A stretch of 64,000 nucleotides of DNA from Terriglobia bacterium (GCA_020073365.1 JAIQFL010000010.1:145-64144), one strand, 5' to 3'; positions 9,164 through 17,678 are shown, numbered from the stretch's first letter. The notes: a model not told the origin generated them from the letters alone. Translations and numbers: made by a program.

Positions 9164-9297
9164 CGCTAAGCGAAGCAGGCACCCAAACCGAGCGGCGGAG
9201 TGAGGATTCCTACAGATTCGTTAATGTTGGAAAAGCGAGTCTTTTTTTGGGTAGTCGTGTTCTTGCTCCTGAGATGAGGCTGTTGGGAGGGGAGCAA

Positions 9298-11196
9298 ATG
9301 GTTTCCAGACTGTGTTTCGGCGGATTTCTGCTCTGCGCGGTGCTGGCGGGGCAGGACGGAGCGAGCGTCCCCGAGTATCCGGTGGCGCACCCCGAATGCG
9401 TGCGCTTCGGTCCTCAATATAAGCGGTACGTCGCCAATGCTCACCAGGCCGCAGTGACCGCGATGACCAGCCTGGTGGCGTCGCTGCTGCCGCCGGCTTC
9501 GGGAAGTCTTACGGCCAACGCCCAGACACCGGCACAGGCGGGCGGAAGCGGCATAGACTCCTACATTTTTGCGGCCCTCAACGCTGCCGGAGTTACTCCC
9601 GCTCCCGCTACCACCGACTACGAGTTTATCCGCCGCGTAACGCTCGACCTCACCGGACGCATCCCCACGCCCGCGCGGGTGCTCAGTTTCGTGGCCGACA
9701 GCACACCCAGCAAGCGCGCGGACCTGATCGAAGAATTGCTCGCCAAGCCGGAGTGGATCGATAAGTGGACCATGTTCCTCGGCGATCTGTATCAGAACAA
9801 TTCGCAGAATTCGCAGATTCGCCGCTACCCCGATGGCGTGAAGGCCTTCAACGACTACGTCCGCGCGGCGCTCCAGGCCGGCAAGCCCTACGACCAGATG
9901 GCGCGCGACCTCATCACCGCCACCGGCAATAATAGCTACCAGGACGGCGCCCTGAACTTTGTGGTGGGAGGCGTGGTGACGGGCGGACCGATTCAGGACA
10001 TCTTCGACCAGCAGACCGCCAATACCTTCGACGTGTTTTTGGGACTGTCGCACGTCAACTGTCTGCTCTGTCACAACGGGCGCGGCCACCTGGATGCGCT
10101 GAGCCTGTGGGGCAGCCAGACCACGCGCTATCAAGCCTGGCAGCTTGCCTCGTATCTGTCCCACACCGACATCACTCGGACTGCCGTCGCAGGAGCGGTC
10201 AACAACCAGCCGTATTACTGGAACGTGGTGGAGAACACCGCCAGGGCACACATCGATTACCCCCTAAACACCACCACCGGCAATCGGCCGGCCCGCCAGC
10301 CCGTGGGCTCGGAGAAGAACGTCGCGCCCGTGTATATTTTCAATGGCGATACGCCGAAACCCGGCGACAACTATCGCGCTTCTCTGGCTTCTGAGATCAC
10401 CGGGGATTTCCAATTCGCGCGCGCCACAGTGAACCGTTTCTGGGCCTACTTCTTCGGGGTGGGGCTGGTGGATCCGCCGGATCAGTTCGACCCGGCGCGC
10501 CAGGATCCCGACAATCCTCCGCCCGCCCCCTGGACGCTGCAGGCCTCCAATCCGCGGCTGCTGAACGCGCTGGCGCAGAGTTTCATCGACAATAAGTACG
10601 ACCTGAAGTGGCTGATGCGGTCGATCGCCAACTCGCAGGCCTATCAGCTTTCTTCGCGTTACAACGGCACGTACAATTCCGCCTGGGATACGCTCTACGC
10701 ACGTCACTTCGTGCGCCGCCTTTGGTCGGAAGAGGTGCACGATGCCGTGGCGCAATCGAGCAATATTCTGCCGAAGTATGCGGTGCCCCTGAACGGCACG
10801 CTGACCTGGGCCATGGAGTTCCCCGAGCCGCTCAATACGCCGACCCCGCGCGACCCGGTGCTGCCGCTTCTCGACGCCTTCCTGCGCGGCAATCGCGACG
10901 ATCAGGTACGCTCGGGCGAAGGTTCCATTTCGCAGGCGCTGGACCTGATGAACGATCCCTTCGTGATGAGCCGCACCAAGTCGACCGGCGCGGCCACCAG
11001 CCTGCTGGTCGCGAACCTGAGTGTGCCCAACGACCAACTGGTGAACACGCTGTTTCTGTCGGTGCTCTCGCGCTATCCGACCAGCGATGAGATGACGCAG
11101 GCGGTGAAGCATCTCACCAGCGGAAATCGCAACCAGCAGGCGGAAAACCTGCTTTGGTCGCTCTATAACAAGGTCGATTTCGTTTTCAATTACTGA
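9298..11196 (+). CDS. DUF1549/DUF1553-type (PSD1-like) secreted protein
   Basis: ORF 9022..11196 trimmed to ATG 9298 (GGAGGGGAG upstream). Signal-like MVSRLCFGGFLLCAVLAGQ. FIRRVTLDLTGRIPTPARV, CLLCHNGRGHLD, C-terminal FLSVLSRYPTSDE. Followed by its usual DUF1501 partner. Confidence 0.8.
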   Translation: MVSRLCFGGFLLCAVLAGQDGASVPEYPVAHPECVRFGPQYKRYVANAHQAAVTAMTSLVASLLPPASGSLTANAQTPAQAGGSGIDSYIFAALNAAGVTPAPATTDYEFIRRVTLDLTGRIPTPARVLSFVADSTPSKRADLIEELLAKPEWIDKWTMFLGDLYQNNSQNSQIRRYPDGVKAFNDYVRAALQAGKPYDQMARDLITATGNNSYQDGALNFVVGGVVTGGPIQDIFDQQTANTFDVFLGLSHVNCLLCHNGRGHLDALSLWGSQTTRYQAWQLASYLSHTDITRTAVAGAVNNQPYYWNVVENTARAHIDYPLNTTTGNRPARQPVGSEKNVAPVYIFNGDTPKPGDNYRASLASEITGDFQFARATVNRFWAYFFGVGLVDPPDQFDPARQDPDNPPPAPWTLQASNPRLLNALAQSFIDNKYDLKWLMRSIANSQAYQLSSRYNGTYNSAWDTLYARHFVRRLWSEEVHDAVAQSSNILPKYAVPLNGTLTWAMEFPEPLNTPTPRDPVLPLLDAFLRGNRDDQVRSGEGSISQALDLMNDPFVMSRTKSTGAATSLLVANLSVPNDQLVNTLFLSVLSRYPTSDEMTQAVKHLTSGNRNQQAENLLWSLYNKVDFVFNY

Positions 11197-11224
11197 CGCC
11201 TTCCACTAATCACGGAGCCATGCC

Positions 11225-12637
11225 ATGTCTGAACAGGAAAGACTGCGACGCTTTTTCAATCGCCACCCGCATCATCACCAGACGTTCTTCAGCCGGCCGT
11301 ACGTCACCCGCCGGCAGTTCTTCCAACTGGTGGGCGCGGGCGTGACCGGATCGTACCTTCTGCCCCGTCTGGTGGAAGCGCACCAGCCCGAGACCACCAC
11401 CTCCGGAGTGACCACGCAGAACAAGGCCAAGAACGTGATCTTCATCCTGCTGGGCGGGGCCATCAGCCATACCGACACGTTCGATCTCAAGGTGGTCAAC
11501 GGCACCACGCCTGCGAACTTCAATCCCACCACCACCACCGGCATTAATTGGCCCATGGGATTGCTGCCCAAGACCGGCGCGCTGCTGGGCGACCTGGCGA
11601 TCGTCCGTTCCATGCAGGCGCACGCGCTGGTCCACACCCTGGCGCAGCACTGGACGCAGATCGGCCGTAACCCCGCCGCGGCGCTCGGCGATATCGCGCC
11701 CAACATCGGCAGCGTGGTCGCCATCGAGAAGTACCAGCCGGGGCAACTGTTCCCGCCGTTCGTGGCGCTCAACTCCGGCGCCTGCGTCGGCAATGGCTAT
11801 TTCTCGGCACAATACGCGCCGTTCAAGATCATTCCCGCCGCCGCCGGGATCCCCAACACCGCGAATCCCAACGACCCGACCGGCGCCAACGGCCGCTTCA
11901 CCACCATGTACACGCAGTTGCAGGCCATCGACGCCCCCCTGCGCGTCAACTCGCCATACGGCAAGCCGCTCGAGGACTACAACGATTTCTACACCGCCGC
12001 GCAACAGATGATGTACAACAAAACCGTGAACGACACATTCTCCTTCTCTTCGGCGGACAGCCAGAGGTATGGGAACAGCTCGTTCGGCAACGCCTGCCTG
12101 GTGGCTAAACAGGTGCTGGCGGCGGACCAGGGCACGCGCTTCGTCCTGATCACCAACGGAAGCTGGGACATGCACCAGGACATCTACGGCGCGGCGAATC
12201 CCAAGGGCAACAACATGTACACCATGGGCAAGCCGTTAGACGATGGCTACTCGGCTCTTCTTTCCGACCTGACGGCCACGGGGCTCCTCGACGACACGCT
12301 GGTAGTGATGGTGGGCGAATTCGGGCGCACGGTGGGAAAACTCACTGCGGCGGGCGGGCGCGATCACTGGACACAGCAATCCGCCGTGTTCGCGGGCGCC
12401 GGGATCAAGGGCGGGCGCGCCATCGGCTCCACCACTTCCGACGGTTCCGCGACTGCGGACCCCGGCTGGTCGCGCGGCCGCAGCGTAAACCCCGAGGACA
12501 TCGAAGCGACCATCTACTCCGCCGTGGGCATCGACTGGACCACCGTCCGCAAGGACGACCCATTCGGCCGCGGCTTCGAGTACGTGCCCTTCTCCGACCA
12601 GGACCTCTACGGTCCCATCGACGAATTGTGGGGATAA
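11225..12637 (+). CDS. DUF1501 (sulfatase-fold) protein with Tat-type signal
   Basis: 470 aa. Twin-arginine-like TRRQFFQLVGAGVTGSYLL. MVGEFGRTVGKLTAAGGRDHW is typical of DUF1501. Confidence 0.85.
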   Translation: MSEQERLRRFFNRHPHHHQTFFSRPYVTRRQFFQLVGAGVTGSYLLPRLVEAHQPETTTSGVTTQNKAKNVIFILLGGAISHTDTFDLKVVNGTTPANFNPTTTTGINWPMGLLPKTGALLGDLAIVRSMQAHALVHTLAQHWTQIGRNPAAALGDIAPNIGSVVAIEKYQPGQLFPPFVALNSGACVGNGYFSAQYAPFKIIPAAAGIPNTANPNDPTGANGRFTTMYTQLQAIDAPLRVNSPYGKPLEDYNDFYTAAQQMMYNKTVNDTFSFSSADSQRYGNSSFGNACLVAKQVLAADQGTRFVLITNGSWDMHQDIYGAANPKGNNMYTMGKPLDDGYSALLSDLTATGLLDDTLVVMVGEFGRTVGKLTAAGGRDHWTQQSAVFAGAGIKGGRAIGSTTSDGSATADPGWSRGRSVNPEDIEATIYSAVGIDWTTVRKDDPFGRGFEYVPFSDQDLYGPIDELWG

Positions 12638-12653
12638 GTGGGACAGACGATCG
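12638..12653 (+). repeat. half copy of family A1 repeat (GTGGGACAGACGATCG)
   Basis: Starts on the base immediately after the TAA stop of the DUF1501 gene. The 3' arm is missing or diverged. Confidence 0.55.
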
Positions 12654-12868
12654 GACGGCGAGCGCGAGTCTATAACCGGATTCCTGGAACGCTTCGCGCA
12701 GGTGAATGTCTCCCAGAAGACCTACCTGCTCGAATCCGCTGCCCTGATCCGAGGCGGCAAGAAGCCGCTCTGGTATCAAAACTAGTGTAGCGGTGGTGTT
12801 GCCGGCCGCTGGCGAGCTGCGCTCGCCTGACAGGCGAAACCGCCCGTCCCACCTTCTAATCTAATGTA

Positions 12869-13015
12869 CTACGCTAATTTTGGCGGCTCGCCTTTCGAAG
12901 GCTCGGGTATCCCGCCCGTCAGTTTCTTCCGCAGGGCCCGGCTGCGTTCCCTCCTGGCGAGCCTACTCTTTCGTTGGCGGTGGAAGCGCGCCTTATCTCC
13001 ATTGATGGCTGACAT
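12869..13015 (-). CDS. small basic protein (48 aa), hypothetical
   Basis: Not in the ORF track (below 60 aa). ATG 13013-13015 with GAGG 5 nt upstream. Translation: MSAINGDKARFHRQRKSRLARRERSRALRKKLTGGIPEPSKGEPPKLA. Confidence 0.35.
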   Translation of the reverse strand: MSAINGDKARFHRQRKSRLARRERSRALRKKLTGGIPEPSKGEPPKLA

Positions 13016-13153
13016 GTTGCCTCAAGGGTAGCAGAGTTTGCCGTTCACCAACTGGGAGCCCTGGCATAATAGATGGTTCAGCTCTCGCGGAACTCCCGCG
13101 GAAAGGCGACACCACCGGGTGTCGACGGGTTTGCAATCGGTGCTCCTGACACA

Positions 13154-13780
13154 ATGAAGGGCCTCGACCTCCTCCTGCGCGGCCTGATGGCCGGCGTGAT
13201 CATTGCCGCGCCGGTGGGACCGGTTAATGTCCTGTGTGTGCAGCGAACCATCGCCAAAGGTTGGAGATCGGGGCTCTTTTCCGGCCTGGGATCGGCCCTT
13301 GCCGACACGCTCTATGGCGCGGTTGCCGGCTTCAGCATCAGTTTTGTCATCCAGTTTCTCCTTCGTGAAGAATCCCGGATCCGGTTCTATGGCGGAATCC
13401 TCCTCATCCTGCTCGGTGTCTGGTATTACTTTCGCCGTCCGCAGCCAGTAGACGCTCAGAAACGGGATGAAACCGACGGGGCGGACTCCGCCTCCACGTT
13501 TCTCCTGACTTTGACGAACCCCACTACCGTCTTGTCCTTTCTCGCCGTGCTGGCGGCCCTGGGGCTGGGCAGCTCGAGACCGTGGTATCTCACACTGCTC
13601 ATGGTGCTGGGCATTTTCTGCGGCACGATGTTGTGGTGGGTGATCCTGACCGGCATCGCCAACCGGCTCCGGGACCGGTTCACAAATAACGCCATGGTAT
13701 GGATGAACCGCATCGGCGGCCTGGCCATCGGCACCTTCGGCATGATTTCGTTGCTGCTGAGCCGCTCGCATCCCCGCTAG
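13154..13780 (+). CDS. LysE/RhtB family amino-acid exporter
   Basis: ORF 13073..13780 trimmed to ATG 13154. MKGLDLLLRGLMAGVIIAAPVGPVNVLCVQRT plus further hydrophobic segments, about 208 aa. Confidence 0.8.
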   Translation: MKGLDLLLRGLMAGVIIAAPVGPVNVLCVQRTIAKGWRSGLFSGLGSALADTLYGAVAGFSISFVIQFLLREESRIRFYGGILLILLGVWYYFRRPQPVDAQKRDETDGADSASTFLLTLTNPTTVLSFLAVLAALGLGSSRPWYLTLLMVLGIFCGTMLWWVILTGIANRLRDRFTNNAMVWMNRIGGLAIGTFGMISLLLSRSHPR

Positions 13781-13785
13781 ACGTG

Positions 13786-13816
13786 GTGGGACCAGGTGGC
13801 CGTTTGGCCTGTCTCC
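13786..13816 (+). repeat. GTGG-headed hairpin repeat (family A2, imperfect)
   Basis: GTGGGACCAGGTGGCC-GTTT-GGCCTGTCTCC, beginning 5 nt after the LysE TAG stop. Confidence 0.55.
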
Positions 13817-13992
13817 GTTGGAAACGCCGCCGCGCACCAGATCGCCTGTGCCCGCGGATTCCCGCCGAGCAGCGAACGAAGTCCTGGCGGGAGCCGCCGA
13901 GGCGCGCGGAGTAGCTGTGGATGGGCTCGCAGTGGCAGGCGGCCTGTTGATCCTGTTGGGCTCGCTGAGTCGTCGCACACGGTAGTAAACCA

Positions 13993-14014
13993 ACACAGGC
14001 AAGAATGCCCGTGT
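13993..14014 (-). terminator. family B hairpin (ACACGGGCA-TTCT-TGCCTGTGT, then TGGTTT) retained behind an ADOP gene remnant
   Basis: Near-identical hairpins lie behind ADOP genes at 14858-14879 and 63583-63604. Confidence 0.55.
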
Positions 14015-14145
14015 CACTCGTCACGCAGGGCGACTGCGAGAGACTCATTCACGATGCTGACCTTGGCGCGGTCGAGATCGCGGCCCGCAAGCAGAGGCGT
14101 ACCGAAGGTTTAAAATACCCGTTGTTTCACGCGACGAAATAGGAC
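14014..14145 (-). pseudogene. remnant of an ADOP (MacB/FtsX-type) permease gene with internal deletion
   Basis: Minus-strand reading gives ...VF*TFGTPLLAGRDLDRAKVSIVNESLAVALRDE*. The first part aligns to 15620-15730 of the intact ADOP gene (YFRTLDTPLLAGRDFDD...VAIVNE). It is joined directly to the last codons (VALRDE-stop) and contains an in-frame TAA. Confidence 0.6.
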
Positions 14146-14160
14146 TCGCTGGTTGAGTTT

Positions 14161-14589
14161 TCAGCAAGCGGCATTGAGTTTCCCGCTTGAATCGAAGCGA
14201 CTGGCAGTGACCGCGCCCGGGTCGGAAAGCACAGCGCGCGCGTGTCTCAGTGCCCGACCCGCCTGTTGCGCCTTTACAATCGCGAGCAAGCCGCCGATTC
14301 CGGCGAGCAGAAGTCCCACGGTGCCAGGCTCCGGAGTCGGATCGGAAGTCTGCTCGGAAGTCAGACTGACGTTGTCGATGAAAAAGCCTTTGCCCAGAAG
14401 GGCCGGCGTTACCGTCGGGGGGGTTGCCCCAGCGCGGAACAGCAGCGAGCTTACCGCCCCGATCCCGTGGCCGCCGCCGTCACTAGTCGGACCGAACCGT
14501 CCGAAGTCCTCCCACGTTGTGCCGGTGACAACCAGCGCGCCGTCGAGAAAGACATGAACGACATCATTGGAAGGCCCGTCAAACCTAAG
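14161..14589 (-). pseudogene. PEP-CTERM domain ORF without a usable start codon
   Basis: Stop-to-stop frame reads ...VHVFLDGALVVTGTTW...GKGFFIDNVSLTSEQTSDPTPEPGTVGLLLAGIGGLLAIVKAQQAGR.... This is a PEP motif (14326-14334), a TM helix and basic residues. A signal-like MLAFGLCSLFA is in a different frame just upstream. Confidence 0.4.
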
Positions 14590-14857
14590 TCAGCAAAAAG
14601 CGAACACAAACCAAAGGCTAACATCGATTTCCTCAATAAGAGGTCTTTTGGTCTGTGAGGTCAGTACCTTTACGGTTGTGAACGTACTAGGGAATGCTAA
14701 CGTACTGGCCCTCTATTCGCACGTAAACGCGTCGCACGGAAAAGTCGCTTCGCACCGGAGGCGCGGGCGAAGGACTGGCTCAGGCCGGCAAGCATCCGCG
14801 CACCGCAAAGACGGCAGATCAGTCCACACAAAACCGGAAAGACTCGGAAGAAAACCA

Positions 14858-14879
14858 ACACAGGCAGGAATGCCCGTGT
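14858..14879 (-). terminator. family B hairpin: ACACGGGCA-TTCC-TGCCTGTGT followed by TGGTTTTCTTCC
   Basis: Starts 4 nt after the stop of the ADOP gene 14884..17586. A 9-bp stem (one G-U) plus a U-rich tail gives a rho-independent terminator-like structure. Confidence 0.6.
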
Positions 14880-14883
14880 CACG

Positions 14884-17586
14884 TCACTCGTCACGTAGGG
14901 CGACCACGGGGTCCAACCTGGCGGCGCGTCGGGCCGGCAGATAGCTGGCTGCCAGTGCCACCGCAGCCAGGATGACCACGGCGGTGACGAGGGTGGCGCC
15001 GTCATACGGCGTCAATCCAAAGAGCAACGTGGAGGCGAACCGCGCTGCCCCCAGGGACAACACCGTTCCGGCCGCCAGACCGGCGGTGAGAAGCCTTCCG
15101 CTCTCTTTCAGGACCATGGTGAGAATTTCGCGGCGATCCGCGCCGAGCGCCATGCGAATGCCGATTTCGTTGCGGCGGCGCGCCACCAGGTAGGAGATCA
15201 CGCCGTAGAGCCCGATAGCCGAGAGGACGCCCGCCAGGAGGCCGAACGAACTGGAGAGCGTCGCCATCAGCCGCTCCCGCAGAAGCGAATCGCGGATCAG
15301 TGTTTTGAATTCTCCAAACTCGTAGCGCGCGTTGGGGTCCACCTCCGCCAGGGCGCGCCGCACCGCGGGAAGCAGGGTTTCCAGCGGCGCGTTCGAGCGA
15401 ATCAGAAGCTGGTCGCCGAGTTGGGGATGGGGGTCCTGGGAATAGGGAAGATAGAAGACCGGCTGAAACGCCTGGCGAAGGCTTAGGTACTTCGCGCTCC
15501 TCACCAGCCCGACGATCTCATATGCCGTTTCCGGCGTGGAGGGCGTGGCTTCCACCCAAAACCGCTGGCCCACCGGGTTGGCGCCGTTGGCAAGCTGGCG
15601 CGCGAAGGCCTCGTTCACAATCGCAACTTTGGGCGAGGCGAGGGTGTCGTGGTCGTCGAAATCGCGTCCCGCCAGCAGCGGCGTGTCGAGCGTTCTGAAA
15701 TACCCGTTGCTCACGCGGCTGTAATAGGACCCGCGTCCCTGCGCGGACGTGGCGTGGTCCATCCACACCTTGTTCCCCGACGCGTTCCCGCTGATGGGAA
15801 CCACGTTGGTGTCGGCCACCGAAACCACACCGGGGACAGAGCGTACGTGTTCGAGCAAGGCCTTCTGAAAGGACAGCACCTGTACTTCCGAGGGGTTGGG
15901 ACGGGCGAAACCCAGGTCGGCGATCAGAATGCCTTCCTGCCGGAATCCCGCCTCGGTGGTCGCCAGGTTGCGCAGGCTGCGCACGAACAGGAGCGCCCCT
16001 ACCAGAAGGACGAGCGAAAGAGCGACCTGCGAAACCACCAGCATGCGCCGTAAACCGAAGCGTTCGCGGCTGGCGGTCATTCCTCGCCCGGCCTTGAGGA
16101 CCTCGCCCGGGTTGGCACCGGCAGATCGCAGGGCGGGCGCTAAACCGAACAGGGCGCAGGTCAGGACGGCGAGCCCGGCGGTAAAGGAGAGGACCCGCCC
16201 ATCGGGATTCAGGTCGAGAAAAATCGAGCCTCCGTCCCTGGCCAGCATCGCGACCAGAACCTGGCTTAGCCATCGGGACAGAAGCAGACCTAGACCGGCG
16301 CCGGTTGCCGCCACCACAAGGCTCTCGGACATCAACTGGCGGATGATGCGAGAGCGCGGGGCGCCAATGGCCAGGCGAAGGGCGATCTCGCGCGCCCGCG
16401 CGCTGGCCCGCGCCAGCATCAGGTTGGCCAGGTTGGCGCAAGCGATCAGCAGCACCAGGCCGGCAATGGCCAGCAGGAGCCAGAGCGGATCGGAGTAATC
16501 TTCGCGCAGCCCGGAAATCCCGGTTTGGGCGGAGGTGGCCGTGAGCTTCATGCCGAGATAATCCTTGACGCTGACGGGCGGGTAGCCGGGCGGCAATGAG
16601 GTTTCAAACACGGCCGCAGACATAGCGTTGACCTGTGCCGCCGCACGTTCGATGGACCCGCCGGGACCGAGACGGCCCATTACGGTCAACCACCAGAAGG
16701 TGCCGGCGTCCAGAGCGTTGAACCACATTACCTGTATCGAGCAGAGGGGAAGCGCCACCTGGAAGTTCTGTCCCACGGTCAGGCCAAAGAAACCGGCGGG
16801 CGTCACCCCGATGACTTCCACGGGATGTCCATTCAGCGTGAGCTTCCGGCCGATAGCGGAGGATTCTCCCCCAAACTCACTTTGCCAGAACGAGTAGCTG
16901 ATGACGGCGCCCGGGGTCCCGCACCCGCGATGGTCGTCCGCGGGGGTGAACAGGCGACCCAACGCGGGTTCGACTCCCAGCACCTGGAAGAACTCCCCGC
17001 TCACCCACAGCCCGGGAACCATGCGGACCTCCCCGCTAGGAGAGAGGTTGAACGATCCGTCGGCCCAGGCAAATACGCCGGAGAAAGCCTGCTGCTGGTT
17101 GCCGATCTGTTCCCAGATGGGATAGGTGACGGAGTCGGCCCGGTTGTGGCTTCCCCGGGCGCGGCTCATGTCGGGAATGCGTACTTGCGCCAATTCCTGG
17201 GAGTTGCGAACGGGGAGCGCGCGGAGGCGGACGGCGTCCAGAAGTTGAAAGATGGCGGTATTGGCGCCGATGCCCAGGGCCAGCGAGAGCACCGCAACAC
17301 TGGTAAACGCGGGGCTCTTCAAGAGGACGCGGAAGCTGTAGCGGAGGTCTCCGAACAGGCTGTCGAGGGTGGAGACACCGCGCGAATCGCGGCTCTCTTC
17401 CTTCACCTGGTCGAGGCCGCCGAAGGCCAGCCGGGCACGGCGTGCGGCCTCTTGGGGCGTGGCGCCAAGGGTCATCTGTTTTTGGACCTGGCGATCGAGA
17501 TGGAAGCGCAGCTCTTCGTCAAGCTCCTGCTCCACGATGTTGCGGCGGAATATGGCGCGGATGCGATATAGCAGATCGGCCCACAT
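14884..17586 (-). CDS. ADOP family duplicated MacB/FtsX-type ABC permease
   Basis: 900 aa. N-terminal prefix MWADLLYRIRAIFRRNIVEQELDEELRFHLD...RLAFGGLDQVKEE. Two periplasmic-domain/FtsX halves. C-terminus YLPARRAARLDPVVALRDE. Confidence 0.9.
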   Translation of the reverse strand: MWADLLYRIRAIFRRNIVEQELDEELRFHLDRQVQKQMTLGATPQEAARRARLAFGGLDQVKEESRDSRGVSTLDSLFGDLRYSFRVLLKSPAFTSVAVLSLALGIGANTAIFQLLDAVRLRALPVRNSQELAQVRIPDMSRARGSHNRADSVTYPIWEQIGNQQQAFSGVFAWADGSFNLSPSGEVRMVPGLWVSGEFFQVLGVEPALGRLFTPADDHRGCGTPGAVISYSFWQSEFGGESSAIGRKLTLNGHPVEVIGVTPAGFFGLTVGQNFQVALPLCSIQVMWFNALDAGTFWWLTVMGRLGPGGSIERAAAQVNAMSAAVFETSLPPGYPPVSVKDYLGMKLTATSAQTGISGLREDYSDPLWLLLAIAGLVLLIACANLANLMLARASARAREIALRLAIGAPRSRIIRQLMSESLVVAATGAGLGLLLSRWLSQVLVAMLARDGGSIFLDLNPDGRVLSFTAGLAVLTCALFGLAPALRSAGANPGEVLKAGRGMTASRERFGLRRMLVVSQVALSLVLLVGALLFVRSLRNLATTEAGFRQEGILIADLGFARPNPSEVQVLSFQKALLEHVRSVPGVVSVADTNVVPISGNASGNKVWMDHATSAQGRGSYYSRVSNGYFRTLDTPLLAGRDFDDHDTLASPKVAIVNEAFARQLANGANPVGQRFWVEATPSTPETAYEIVGLVRSAKYLSLRQAFQPVFYLPYSQDPHPQLGDQLLIRSNAPLETLLPAVRRALAEVDPNARYEFGEFKTLIRDSLLRERLMATLSSSFGLLAGVLSAIGLYGVISYLVARRRNEIGIRMALGADRREILTMVLKESGRLLTAGLAAGTVLSLGAARFASTLLFGLTPYDGATLVTAVVILAAVALAASYLPARRAARLDPVVALRDE

Positions 17587-17593
17587 GAGCGTC

Positions 17594-17645
17594 CCCTTTC
17601 GCTTCTACAAGGGATGATACGGCTATTTCTGTAGAAGTGCAAGGG
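17594..17645 (-). promoter_or_regulatory. sigma70-like promoter bracketed by a 14-15 bp inverted repeat, upstream of ADOP gene
   Basis: Minus strand: CCCTTGCACTTCTAC-N20-GTAGAAGCGAAAGGG. TTGCAC, 17-nt spacer, TATCAT. GAAAGGGG serves as SD 7 nt before ATG 17586. The same architecture occurs at 21382-21435. Confidence 0.45.
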
Positions 17646-17678
17646 GGAGAATGATCCACCTGATCCCGGGGGACGCCT

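Noticed and set aside
9022-9297. N-terminal extension of the DUF1549/1553 ORF (and likewise 3332-3448, 39833-40120, 51137-51217, 52415-52483, 58452-58544, 58895-59128)
   Set aside because: In each case an internal ATG with an RBS and a signal peptide or the conserved N-terminus is present. The extensions cross intergenic repeats or the upstream gene.
13022-14017. 331-aa minus-strand ORF starting MTRAFLPVL
   Set aside because: It is antisense to the LysE gene. Its N-terminus is a read-through of the family B hairpin, and its composition is Arg/Ala/Pro-rich.
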